Shown piece by piece: positions 21,012 to 32,060 of a DNA stretch of 64,000 nt (the first letter of the stretch is position 1; the number at the start of each line of letters is the position of its first letter). The DNA comes from Naegleria gruberi. Taxonomy: Eukaryota. The stretch is taken from assembly GCA_000004985.1 (NCBI GenBank), contig GG738885.1, one strand, 5' to 3'. The notes beneath the pieces are model-generated. The model was not told the origin of the DNA. It saw nothing but the letters and a program-made list of their open reading frames with translations, and ran no database searches. A program made the position numbers and the translations under genes.

Positions 21012-22859
21012 ATGATTAAAAAGCTCGACCAAGCAACAGAGTTTCATTTGAGAAGTGGTGTTCAGTTGCCGGATATTCAGACAATTTTAGGGAAATTGAT
21101 CGATAATGGTGAGTTTGGTTATTTAATATATTCCTTCTGAATTATGTTTGTAAAGCAATTGAGGCTAAAAGTACTTTTATTCGTATTAATATCAAATCGA
21201 AGCCTTCTTTTTCCATTGAGGTTAAAGATGATGGAGTAGGAATTGATTTCTCTGGATTGAAAACAATCGGAGAGTGTAGAAATGGTAAGTAATTAAGAGT
21301 ATTACAATATATAAAACCAATGAAATATAGTTTCTTCTAAAACTGATTTGAAAGGAGAGTCTCTTCATTCAATAATTACAGCCTGCTCTACTGTCAAGAT
21401 TACCTCCAAAGGGAATAATTATCCTCTCTGTTTCTCTTCAATATTTGTAAATGGTCAAAGGAAAAGCCTTGAACAAGCTCCCATCACAACTTTCCAAAGA
21501 GGAGGAACCTCTGTAATGGTTGAAGGAATTTTCAGTAATTATCCAGTGAGGAAGAAACAATTAGAAGAGCATCCTGATCAATACTTGAGATCAATTGTAG
21601 ACTTTATAGAGGTAGAAAGCTTCAAATTGGTTGATATTCAAATTGCATTGGTTTGTGATGGAATGTCAATCTTTGATTTGTCCAACTCGGAAAAGGAACA
21701 AGCCTTACATCAAAGAATAAGGAAACGATATGAAGAGTTGACGAGAAGGAGAAACTTATTTCCAATAGAAGACATCAAGTTTGGAGAATTGCAAGTCAGT
21801 GGCATTGTTGATAAGAATGACATAACTTCAAAGATCAAGATTGTAATTGTAAACAATAGGGTTTATCCAATAGAAACATTAATTAAGAAAGGAGAAGAGT
21901 TTGGAAGTTTTGTACTCTGTGCTTCTATATTGAAAGCTCCACCACATAACTCTGAAATGATTAACTCTGAGCTTCGCAATGCTCTGTTCTATAGTAAGCT
22001 ACATAATGAATCAAGCACTATTCAAATATACAATGAAGAATCAGAACAGAGAAAAGAGTTTGCACCACTATCTTCTTCCCTTTATGATAAGATGTACAAT
22101 AGAAAACCAAGTGAAAACAAAATTAAGGGTGACCGTTTAAATATTAACCAACTAATTAACAAATCGAAAGAGATTAATGGCATCAAAACCATTCCAAAAC
22201 CTCAACCCAAGTTTATGAGCTCTCCAAAAAAGAAGAAGCTGTTGAATATTTCTCTTGACAAGAACCAAATGAAACAATTGAAATTTATCAATCAATGGGA
22301 GAAGAAGTTTATTCTCACATCCTTAAAGACAGAGAACAGTCTCCTACTTATTGCTATTGATCAACATGCAGCAGATGAGAGAGTTCGCATGGAGATGATT
22401 CAACAAAATATATTAGATTATGCGCAGCAGTCTCCTGGCCCATGGGTACAACCACTCTCGAAGCAAACACTAAACTCCACCAAGGTTGAGGGATCGAAAA
22501 CCATATCCTTATTGAAACAGAACAAAGACAAATTATCCAAATGGTATTGGAATTTTATTATCATTCATGAAGAGTCAACAAACGCATTTTTAAAACTCAA
22601 TACTATACCTTGTTTATTCGTCGAGAAAGACTCTATTGAGCTTGGTTTTGAATCTATGATGTCATTTTTATCTGAACTGGAATTTGATTCAACCTGTTGG
22701 TATCCAAAACGAGTTTTAGAACTCATTCAATCCAAAGCATGCCGTGGAGCCATTATGTTTGGAGATGTGCTATCCACTGAGAAATGTAATCAACTGTTAC
22801 AACAATTATCAAATTGTCAACTGCCTTTCCAGTGTGCTCATGGAAGACCTAGTAAGTAG
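21012..22859 (+). CDS. MutL homolog, MLH3-like mismatch-repair protein, three exons
   Basis: Exons are approximately 21012..21108, 21156..21284 and 21331..22859. The splice restores the GHKL ATPase motif LIDN|AIEAKST. C-terminal motifs DQHAADERVRME and FQCAHGRPS are present. Confidence 0.75.
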
Positions 22860-23006
22860 TTCCAACTTTGCAATTTTTTAAACAACCATTTCAAAATAGC
22901 AACTGGAATCCTGACTTCGATCAATTAGGTAGTAATATTGAGATTAACAATAATGAAGAAATAAAATGCCATTTTGAACAGTTCAATTGACTAATAAATT
23001 ATTTAT

Positions 23007-24470
23007 TTAATATTCTTCAGTCTTAATATCATTCAAACCAAGATCTTCATTTTGTTCGAAAGTTCTCTCATATTGTTCAACAGTAAGGAATGGATCAACA
23101 TCTGGAGCAAACAAGTTTTGAATATAACTGTTTGACACTGGATCATCAATAATCAAAGTCCAAGGCATACGACCACCAGTTTGCATTTCATCAATACCAG
23201 TCAAGAATTTTTGGAATGATTCCTTTTCCTCAGCTGAGTCACCAACTCTAAATTGGTTGACTTCGGTCAGCTTGTCCTTAATATTCATTAATAAACCTTC
23301 AACAGTTGTAAATTTACCACCAAGAGAACCAGTAGCAACCTGGAGGTCGAGTTCTGGAATTTCCAATGAAGCAGTTTCACTCTTCAAAACATCTCTACTC
23401 AAATCTTCTGGGTTAGTGACACGAAGAGTTAATTTAGTGGCGTATGGAGATATTTGACCACCAGCTCTAACTTCAGTAGTCTTGTAACCACACTTGTCAC
23501 AAGTGAATGACATTAAAATAATATCTTTAAAGAATGGAACAACCAACGGCATCATCTTCAAGTTACCTGAAACACCACAACCGTAACATGGTTCATTAAA
23601 TGTGAAAACTTCCTCTGGTGCAGACATCTTTTCTTGCAATAATTCAATTTCTCTCTCGTTAGAAATAATTGATGTTGGAATATTAGCAGCAAGTCTACTC
23701 TTTGGTTTTTCTTGACCTCCTTCAGTGTAATTTTGAGCACCTAGTGAGAGACCAAGTCTTTCAGTTTGTTCATCAGATCTTTGATAATATCTAGTGAAAA
23801 CTTGAGGATCATTTGGTACTGTTAATTTTTCAACATTTGAATTTCCAGAATAATCATCAATAACAATAGTGAATGGGAATCCTTCTCCACTAATTAATTT
23901 TTGTGCCTTTTCAATAAAGTTATCAATAGCAGAAGCAAGAGAAGGGTCCAAAACTCTTCTAGCTGCTTGTCCATCCAATAAATTATCAATTGCTCTATTA
24001 ATAACACCCTCAACAGTTGTAAGTGTACCCTTTTGAGTATTTTCTGGAATTTCAAAATCAATTTCTGGAATACTCAAAGTAGCAAAGTCAGACTTGACAA
24101 TTTGTCTATCCAAATCTTCCTTCTTTTCAACCTTTAAAGTGTAACAAACACCAAAATCACCATAAGAACCACCAAATTGAATTTCTTGATTTCTCATTCC
24201 ACAATGTGGGCAGCTGAAACTAGTAATAATAACTTCTCTAAAGTGAGGAATTTTAGTGAACAACATTCTAGTAACACCATTCTTCTCACAATTTACACAA
24301 AAGCTTTCCAATTCCAAAGGAGCAGAATCATTCAAGCCAATAGTATGGAAAATAGGTTCCGATGAAGTAGAAAATTGTTGTTGCTTTGGTTCTTCAGTGG
24401 TGGCGGTTGTACTATTAGTTTCTTCAGTACTAGTATTTTCGTGGTTATCAACGTCGTTGAGGGTAATCAT
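23007..24470 (-). CDS. zpr1: ZPR1-type zinc-finger protein, 487 aa, single exon
   Basis: Two ZPR1 zinc-finger modules (CVNCEKNG...CPHCGMRN and CYGCGVSG...CDKCGYKT), each followed by a ZPR1 beta-domain. Full-length ORF. Confidence 0.85.
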   Translation of the reverse strand: MITLNDVDNHENTSTEETNSTTATTEEPKQQQFSTSSEPIFHTIGLNDSAPLELESFCVNCEKNGVTRMLFTKIPHFREVIITSFSCPHCGMRNQEIQFGGSYGDFGVCYTLKVEKKEDLDRQIVKSDFATLSIPEIDFEIPENTQKGTLTTVEGVINRAIDNLLDGQAARRVLDPSLASAIDNFIEKAQKLISGEGFPFTIVIDDYSGNSNVEKLTVPNDPQVFTRYYQRSDEQTERLGLSLGAQNYTEGGQEKPKSRLAANIPTSIISNEREIELLQEKMSAPEEVFTFNEPCYGCGVSGNLKMMPLVVPFFKDIILMSFTCDKCGYKTTEVRAGGQISPYATKLTLRVTNPEDLSRDVLKSETASLEIPELDLQVATGSLGGKFTTVEGLLMNIKDKLTEVNQFRVGDSAEEKESFQKFLTGIDEMQTGGRMPWTLIIDDPVSNSYIQNLFAPDVDPFLTVEQYERTFEQNEDLGLNDIKTEEY

Positions 24471-24896
24471 TTTTTTTCAAACAATTTTTGAATTGATGAT
24501 TTTTATGCTTGAAGATTAAGATAAATTATGCTGAAGGAATGCTCAAGGAAAATTCCGAAATTGCACTTTAATATTATTTACTATCATGATGATTAATTCT
24601 TTAATTTATTGTACAAATATTAATACTTGAAGCTAATTAAAATTCAACATTTCGGAATCAATATTATTTTATAAACCATATGATGATTTGCCTCTCAACC
24701 TATGAAATACATAATAGGATATTATAATAAGGATCCAAACAATCAGTAATCAGTGTCTCTAAATCAATATTAATCTAGGAGTATTAACATGATGAACTAT
24801 CAAAATGCTATAATTCTTCCGAAATAGCATGATGATGCTCCAGAAACACCTAAGAACTCAAAACTTCTCCGTCAGCCAAATCTCTCAAAAGAAAAA

Positions 24897-26084
24897 ATGT
24901 TCACCATTGCTGCTTCACTGGTGTTGGCCTATGTGGGTGTCTGTTTCATTTGGGATCAAATTCCGTATGTTTCTTCAAATTTCTAATTGTTGACTGTTGA
25001 TTTTTGTGTGATTGTTGCTAATTTGTTGATGATGAACTGTTTAATGAACATTCCTTTGATATGAAATTTGTTACCGATCACAATGATGATGACTATGATT
25101 TGATAATGATGATTCTACTATTATATTAACTATTACATAGTCCTAGAATGAGTGCTAGAAGAAAGATTTCAATGAGTGGATGGGGAGCCCCTTCAGAGCC
25201 AGCCACTTATGGATGTGTCACTATTGATCTAGAGAAAATTGAAGATTTATTGACCAAGGTTTCCGAAAAAATTGGTCAAAAGATTACAATTACTCATTTC
25301 ATGAGTAGAGCTGCTGGTTTGGCAATTGAGGCATGTCCTGAAATTAACTGTAGAATGGTTTTGGGTAAATTGCTTCCAAACAAGACTATTGATGTCAGTT
25401 TGCTTGTTGCTTGTGAAGATCCAAAAACTAAGAAGAATGATTTATCCAATGTCACAATTAGATCAATTAACAAAAAGACTTTGAAAGACATTTCCGATGA
25501 AGTTGTTAAAGGAGCTGAAAAATTGAGAAGTGGAAAAAACGAAAATCACAAAAAGACAAATCAACCAATGTCTTTCTTGCCAACCCTTATTGCTGGTCCA
25601 ATTATTAGCTTTATGGCTTGGTTGGCTTGTGCTTTGCAAATGAATATTCCTGCATTGGGACTTCAAGCCCATCCATTTGGTACTTGTATCATTACATCGT
25701 AAGTATTGATTGTGTTGACATGGTTTGGATGAACTAATATTTCATAGAGTTGCTGGTTTTGGAATTGAGGAAGGATTTGTTCCATTAGCTCCATTCACAA
25801 GATGTCCATTCTTCATTTGTATTGGGTAAGTTTTTTCTCCACCTCAAATGAATTTTAATTTCATTTCGGATAGTTTGGCCAAGAGTCAACCAGCTGTCAA
25901 TGAACAAACTGGACAAATTGAAGCTAGAAGACAAGTTAAAGTTACTGCCACCACTGACCATCGTTTCGTAGATGGTAAGGAAGTTGGAAAATTAGTTAAG
26001 AAATTTGTGGACGTCTGTACTAATGTTGAAAAGTACTTTACTGTTGATGAGGAATCTAAAAACTTTGTTGAAAAGAAGCACTAA
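24897..26084 (+). CDS. Membrane-anchored protein with a 2-oxoacid dehydrogenase E2 acyltransferase catalytic (CAT-like) domain only, four exons
   Basis: Exons are approximately 24897..24964 (MFTIAASLVLAYVGVCFIWDQI, TM), 25141..25698, 25748..25825 and 25874..26084. Introns are 176, 49 and 48 nt (GTATGT/GTAAGT..AG). The catalytic-domain motifs ITITHFMSRAAGLAIEACPEIN and TTDHRFVDGKEVGKLVKKF (DHRxxDG) are present. There are no lipoyl or E3-binding domains. Confidence 0.55.
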
Positions 26085-26150
26085 TTTAGTTATAATTTAT
26101 TATAAACATAAAAATATTAATCTAGTTAGATGATTTAATCTGTTGTAATC

Positions 26151-27374
26151 CTAGTTGAATTTGAAAAATTGTTGAAAGTGATCCTTAAGTAACTCTTCAC
26201 ACTTTTCTCTGCTTAATTCCTCCTCTATGGTCGCACCTATTTCGGATAGAAATGATTTTACAATCAATAAATTGTCATTCATGCTCTCTATTGATTGGAA
26301 ATCAACAATTGGTCTTGCATCCAATTCCAATTCGTCATCAATTAATTGGAAGGTAAATGTTGTAGACCACACAAATTTGCACACCTCCTCAATACCAGAT
26401 GATACTCTAGGTGTGCTGGTACTGCTGATTTCTTGACCAATTTTACTGCCACTACTGCATAACTTTTCTGTTCTGTAGTGAACTACCTCTATTGAGGAAT
26501 TATTAAAGTACAATTCTACAACCCACATTCTTCCATCAAATAATCGAACCTTTCCTCCAAACTCTGATTTGAATTTAGATTTGACATCCATCACTGATTG
26601 TGAGATTGATTCTTGTTGCATGCAACTCAATATCTTTAAAATGTTTTTAAAAGTATTCAATCTGTGGGGTTTTAATTCCAATTCCTTCCAAACATTCTCC
26701 ATTGTTGAAATCATATCATTCTTAATAGTTTCAACAGATAGTTCCTCACCCTCATCCTGACTATTAGTATTGAATAAATCTGCTCGGCAACACTCTACTA
26801 AACCTAGATTTTGAAATAATTGACCAAAAAGTCTCAGAATTGCCTCTTCAATTTCATAATTTGATGGAGAAGATGATTCAACAAGTTCAATTCCATCAAC
26901 TTTCATTTTTGGAATTAATCTCACAATATCTGATGCTATTAATTTAAAAGTATCACCAGTCATGGATACATCACTCGCATTATCAATCAGATCAAATCTT
27001 GATGATATTATTGCATTCTCAATTTTGCTATTTTTCGAAATGGTAACATTATCCTCTGGTTGATCCTCTACTTTCTGATATTGAAGTGAATTTGATAGTG
27101 TTCTAACTGATTTTCGTATAGTTTCCGATTGATTAGCAATCATTTTGGCATTCGAATCAGAGACATCATCCACCACTACAAGACTTTGTTTTAAATCAAT
27201 TGTAATAATTGATGAATCGTTAGAATTAGAATGAGAGTGAGTTCCTGTTGATGATGATGAAGATTTATCAACGTGTGATTGTTGTTGTTGTTCCTCACCT
27301 TGATCTAATTCATCCTCCTCCTCTTGATCTTCCTTTCGGTTAGAAGAACAAACAACCATAGCTTTGAGAAACAT
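26151..27374 (-). CDS. Hypothetical acidic protein, 407 aa, single exon
   Basis: ATG at 27374. Acidic/poly-Q N-terminus and no confident domain assignment. Confidence 0.35.
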   Translation of the reverse strand: MFLKAMVVCSSNRKEDQEEEDELDQGEEQQQQSHVDKSSSSSTGTHSHSNSNDSSIITIDLKQSLVVVDDVSDSNAKMIANQSETIRKSVRTLSNSLQYQKVEDQPEDNVTISKNSKIENAIISSRFDLIDNASDVSMTGDTFKLIASDIVRLIPKMKVDGIELVESSSPSNYEIEEAILRLFGQLFQNLGLVECCRADLFNTNSQDEGEELSVETIKNDMISTMENVWKELELKPHRLNTFKNILKILSCMQQESISQSVMDVKSKFKSEFGGKVRLFDGRMWVVELYFNNSSIEVVHYRTEKLCSSGSKIGQEISSTSTPRVSSGIEEVCKFVWSTTFTFQLIDDELELDARPIVDFQSIESMNDNLLIVKSFLSEIGATIEEELSREKCEELLKDHFQQFFKFN

Positions 27375-28024
27375 TTTTTTTATCGGAAAGAGAAGTTTGA
27401 TGACTTTTGGATTAATATGAATGTGTTATTGTCATCTGTTTTGCTGACTTAGTATTCTTGGTTATGATCATGCCAATTGTTTAGAATCATTATTGGTTGT
27501 GTTTTGTTACTGGTGTAATATCTTTACCCTCTTGCTTTTGGTACCAATCAATGATGAACGGTATTATGATTTATAAAGAGTGGAATTATGTGGTTTAACA
27601 CTTTCTTGTGTAGAAGATTATTGGTAGCAATACCATTGAGCAATTATTATATCATCCATTATTGCAAAGTCTTCTTTGTCTAATAATTTTTTTAATTATT
27701 GTTAAATGGTGATGATGAAATTTCTTGTTATTGTTTCTAAAGCAAATGATGAAGTTTTTGTTGTTGCTAACTCAGCTTCAAGGAATGACATCATATACAA
27801 ATCGGTATGAGATCGGCGAGTAGAATGTTATTATTCTTTTGTTGTGTTGTGTGTTGAATGCAATTTTGAAAGCAGGCAAGAAGGTCAAAAAATATTCATT
27901 GTAAAATTCACTAATGTGGTTGCCAACCAGAAATTTGCATAAAATTTGTTGAAAAAAAAATCATTAATTCGTAAGTATCACTCACGTTAATGGAGATTGC
28001 TAAACCACCTCATCTTACTAGAAA

Positions 28025-28453
28025 ATGGGTAAAGTCAGAACCAAGACTGTCAAGAAGGCATCAAAGATCATCGTCGAAAAGTATTACAATTCTCTTACTA
28101 CCGACTTCGATACCAACAAGAAGGTCTGTCAAGAAATCGCCACCATTCCAACTAAGAGAATGAGAAACAAGATTGCCGGTTTCACTACTCACTTGATGGC
28201 CAGAATCAAGAAGGGTACCGTCAGAGGTATCTCCTTGAAGTTGCAAGAAGAAGAAAGAGAAAGAAGAATGGACTACGTTCCAGAAGTTTCTTATGTCGAT
28301 GAAATTATCAACAGAGGTATTGAAGTTTCTGATGAAGTCTCTGACATGTTGAAGACTATTGGTTTCGGTGATTTGAAGAGCGTCACTAAGGTCTCTCACT
28401 CAACAGGCCACCACCAACACCACAATAAGAGAAGAGGTAACAAGTCTTATTAA
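28025..28453 (+). CDS. rps17: 40S ribosomal protein S17 (eS17)
   Basis: [21 protein letters not shown]...[34 protein letters not shown] is near-identical to eukaryotic eS17. Intronless, 142 aa. Confidence 0.95.
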   Translation: MGKVRTKTVKKASKIIVEKYYNSLTTDFDTNKKVCQEIATIPTKRMRNKIAGFTTHLMARIKKGTVRGISLKLQEEERERRMDYVPEVSYVDEIINRGIEVSDEVSDMLKTIGFGDLKSVTKVSHSTGHHQHHNKRRGNKSY

Positions 28454-28486
28454 ATAAATCCAATATAAAACTATTTAAAATTACCT

Positions 28487-30104
28487 TTAATTCTTTTTTA
28501 AAATTATTATTTGTCTTCCTATTCTAGAATCATGAGTTAAGTGCATATGGAAGAATCGTTGATGTAGAGTAAAGTTGTGTTGTTGGATGAGAAATTCGGC
28601 AACAGATTGAACACTGTGATGATCATACATTACTACATAATGTGCTTCTTTGTGTGTCTTGGATACTTTCTGTACAAACTCTAGAGGATTATTGTAGAAT
28701 CTATCAGCTTGTGAATCATCTCCATCAAAAGGAGAGCAGTCCAAGTGGAATAGCTTAATATGTCTCGTGGATTGTCTTCCTTCAAATAAGAATGCATGAC
28801 CAGGCAAATGGTGACAAGGCATTAATAAATGAACTACCATATCCTTTTCTTGCCCAGTAACAGGCAATTGTTGTTTGAAGAATTGTTGACTCTCACTTCT
28901 CAAATGATTGACCACCTTAATTGGAGCACTTTGATGAATTCTTCCAAGATAAAATACAGCACCCAGTTGAACAATGGTCATAATTACAAGTAAGAGTCTG
29001 TATCCTCTATCAGTGATATGAACCTTATTGTGAATAAAATCTCCAATTGAAATAAAACAGAGTGGTAAAATTGGATAGATAAATCTAAACTCCTTATGAG
29101 CTTGTAATGAATAGACCAATACTGGTAAGAGAATGACACAATTAAGTTTCCAATATTTTCTACTATATTCCCTATTCACAAAATTAATCCACACATAGAG
29201 AGGGAAATGTGTTAATAACATGACAGGAAATCCCTGAGTAAAATACCAATGCCATGGTTGAGTTCCATATACTAATAAAATCAAGAACAGTAATTATTTA
29301 AAAGAAATGATGAGAAAACATACAATGGGCAAGATTTTCAACAATGTTAAATTTCAAAAAGTTCAAAATTACAATGGTGAATTGTCCATACATATTTGAG
29401 TCAATCTGGATTGAAATTGCAAGCCAAATTATACTATTCAATTAAATATTCCGTTTCCAATAATTATTTTAAGCTCTTAATTATATAATTTCACTTACAC
29501 ATATCCAATGAATGTTAATAAATATTTGAAAATATTCTTCTCCTTAAATAATTGAAACAAAAACAATGGAATATAAATAATGGTACTTGTTGGTCTCACA
29601 ACACATCCAAATCCTGCAAAAAACATCCAGTAATGCCTAAATTTCTTTGAATGATCATGATTATGATGATGGGAGTGACATTTATCATCGTGACATTCAT
29701 CTTGTTGAATTAGATCAACAGGGAATAAATAAATAGCAATTAACACAATATTCATTTCCATAGTATTTGAAAAAGTCCTCACTCCACAATATAAATTAAA
29801 CCAATTAGTCAATGAAATCAATAACTACAAATTCCACAATTGCAATTAAATTAACACATACAGTCAAATAGGCAGTCATTTTCGATTTTAAATACTTGGC
29901 AACAATTAAAAAGAGAAAATAATCTGACAATGCTGTGCACACTGACTGAACAGCAATTGGCATCCAATACGATAAGAAACCCATCAATGATTCATCATTT
30001 CCATATAATTTCTCCACAAAATCCATCACATAATATCCACTAGATAGAATCATTGGATGAAGATATCCTCGGAGAGAGTGTTTAGCATCCCATTCCCATG
30101 GTAT
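28487..30104 (-). CDS. GPI mannosyltransferase 3 (PIG-B / Gpi10 family, GT22); at least 4 exons, 5' exon not found
   Basis: Exons are approximately 29862..30104 (IPWEWDAKHSLRGYLHP, matching the conserved TWEW..LRSY..P), 29499..29824, 29324..29433 and 28487..29271. Introns are 37, 65 and 52 nt. Motifs QPWHWYFTQGFPV and LLMPCHHLPGHAF match PIG-B (HPWHWYFSQGFPV; MPCHSTPYYSH). The first in-frame ATG is at 30053, but the conserved coding sequence runs up to the TAA at 30105-30107. Confidence 0.7.
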
Positions 30105-31382
30105 TTATGTGGATGATCGGGAAAGTTCTCTAGCTGCCAAATATTTTGGATGGCTTCTATTGATATTTGTCACAAAGAAAGTTCCCTTAACATCCTTCAT
30201 CTTGACAAGATTTTCCTTTTGCATTTGTTTGAGGAATTTACTCCACTTCTTGTATGTTGATTTCTTAATATCCAAAACTATGTCCTCGCTAAATTCAAAC
30301 ATTTTAGTATAGAATCCACTTCCTTCCATTGGTAATTGATCATCCTCAACACTACTCTTTAAAGCAGTGAGGAAGTATGATTCCAAGAGAGAGTCCATCT
30401 CTTCTGGCTTGATATCAGAAGAACCTTCACCACTTGGCTCTGCTTCATCATCACTACCTTCTACAGTTGACTTTCCTTCTGTAGCCAATGGCGTCACTTC
30501 AACCTTTTCAGTGGTTGGCTGTTCACCATCTTCATCTTCTTCCACAGATAAGATTTCAATAATTTGTGATGTAAATCCAACTGGTTGAGAGTATGTCGAA
30601 GGGGCATGATTCACGCCAAATTGCCACATAAAGTCATTGAAAATATGAACTGTTTCAAAACATTTCCCCTTATCTGCTTTTGAAAATTCATCAAAATCCA
30701 TAATCATGTCACCGATGGCAAATGGGATGGGATTTCCTCTCACTTGAATGCTTCTAATGTCACCCTTCTTGAATGGACCAATTCCTCCATGACTTCCCTT
30801 ATTATTCAATCTTTCTCCTCCAATTAAATTCATATTTTGATTCTTTTGATTTTTACTCACACCAGGTTTCATTAAATCAGCACCTTGCAAAAGATAATGA
30901 GAAACTGGTTGAGCAATATAAATAGTATCCACTAAATTAGGTGCAATTTGAAGAGCAAATATTGTTGGATAGTAAATTTCCTCTTTTTCAATCGAAAAGA
31001 ACATTGGAACATTATCTACAGTAATTACATTAAAAGTTTGAACATCTGATGCTGCTCTCAATTGTTGTTTTTGCAATTGTTGTTGTTTCTTTTTCTTATT
31101 AGGAACATTCTTTCCGACCTGAATTTCCTCTAAAATTGCCTCCGAAGCAGCAGTTTGATGATAAATAACAAACTTTGATAATTCCACATTTTGATTCTTT
31201 GTTGGTACGAGTAATCTCCATGGATTTATTTCATCACTACTAGCACTACCACCCTCTTCATCATCAGCATTAGAAGGTGCTGGAATATTTCGATATTGTT
31301 CTTGTAATTGTTTTAATAATTTTCTACGATCCGAAGATTTTAAATTGTGTGATTGAGTTTGCTTGAGTGTCTTTTTAAACAT
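30105..31382 (-). CDS. eIF2D / ligatin homolog, N-terminal ~420 aa only (no SWIB/SUI1 region in the ORF)
   Basis: MFKKTLKQTQSHNLKSSDRRKLLKQL... matches the eIF2D N-terminus (MFAKAFRVKSNTAIKGSDRRKLRADV). The central region FLTALKSSVEDDQLP...DIKKSTYKKWSKFLKQMQKENLVKMK matches human FLHALKCRVKKADLP...DIKKSSYKKLSKFLQQMQQEQIIQVK. The ORF ends about 230 residues short of the human protein. Confidence 0.7.
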   Translation of the reverse strand: MFKKTLKQTQSHNLKSSDRRKLLKQLQEQYRNIPAPSNADDEEGGSASSDEINPWRLLVPTKNQNVELSKFVIYHQTAASEAILEEIQVGKNVPNKKKKQQQLQKQQLRAASDVQTFNVITVDNVPMFFSIEKEEIYYPTIFALQIAPNLVDTIYIAQPVSHYLLQGADLMKPGVSKNQKNQNMNLIGGERLNNKGSHGGIGPFKKGDIRSIQVRGNPIPFAIGDMIMDFDEFSKADKGKCFETVHIFNDFMWQFGVNHAPSTYSQPVGFTSQIIEILSVEEDEDGEQPTTEKVEVTPLATEGKSTVEGSDDEAEPSGEGSSDIKPEEMDSLLESYFLTALKSSVEDDQLPMEGSGFYTKMFEFSEDIVLDIKKSTYKKWSKFLKQMQKENLVKMKDVKGTFFVTNINRSHPKYLAARELSRSST

Positions 31383-32060
31383 TTTTTTACTTTCTTTTAT
31401 TAGTATATTAATATTAGAATAAGTTCAATTTTACATTTGTACAACTACTTCAAAACAATTTTGTAAGTTGGTGTTAAACAATTCACCTTAACATCAACAA
31501 TATCTATTTGAATCATCATTTTGTATTCATCTTCCAAAAGGTTTGAAAGCCTTCAAAAAAAATATTAAAAAATATTATTGTATAAAAAATTACCCATAAC
31601 ATTTAGTAGAATAAAATGTTCGGTCTGGGGGCAATTAATAAGCGAGGAAGTGCTTCTTGTTTTTAAACAGTTGTCTTACCATTCTTATAAGCAGACAATG
31701 TCTTTCGCCTTTTACTAAAGACATCCGTGTGAGAATGGACAAATAGATAACGCTAATTTTTTCTGCCTCTTCTCAAGAGGTCTGTTCTTAATAGAAATTC
31801 AACCTTTTTTCTTTCGGCCTGATTGGCTTGATTTCATATATATTTGAGCTAATGTTCAATTGCTATTTCTCCACAAATTCAGGAATTACAATTTCTTGCG
31901 TAATAAGAAATATTTTTAATGATTGACAGTTGCCAAAAAGCGCATATTTTAGGAGTTTAAATTGCATCACTAACGAAATCTTTTTGAATGGGCAGCTAGT
32001 AACAGGTCAATCAATGGAGTGTCAGTGACGCCTCATGTTTATACTAACTGCATCAAAAAA

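Noticed and set aside
28025-28040. A possible intron right after the ATG of rps17 (atgGGTAAAGtc), as is common in ribosomal-protein genes
   Set aside because: The uninterrupted ORF already encodes a full, collinear eS17 ([11 protein letters not shown]...), so no intron is needed.
30105-30107. The in-frame TAA between eIF2D and PIG-B prompted the idea of a ciliate-type genetic code (TAA/TAG = Gln)
   Set aside because: Under the standard code the window contains many very long ORFs (939 and 1122 aa) that end at TAA/TAG with homologous C-termini (RPS17, ZPR1, SPT16, RPB10). That is incompatible with stop-codon reassignment.
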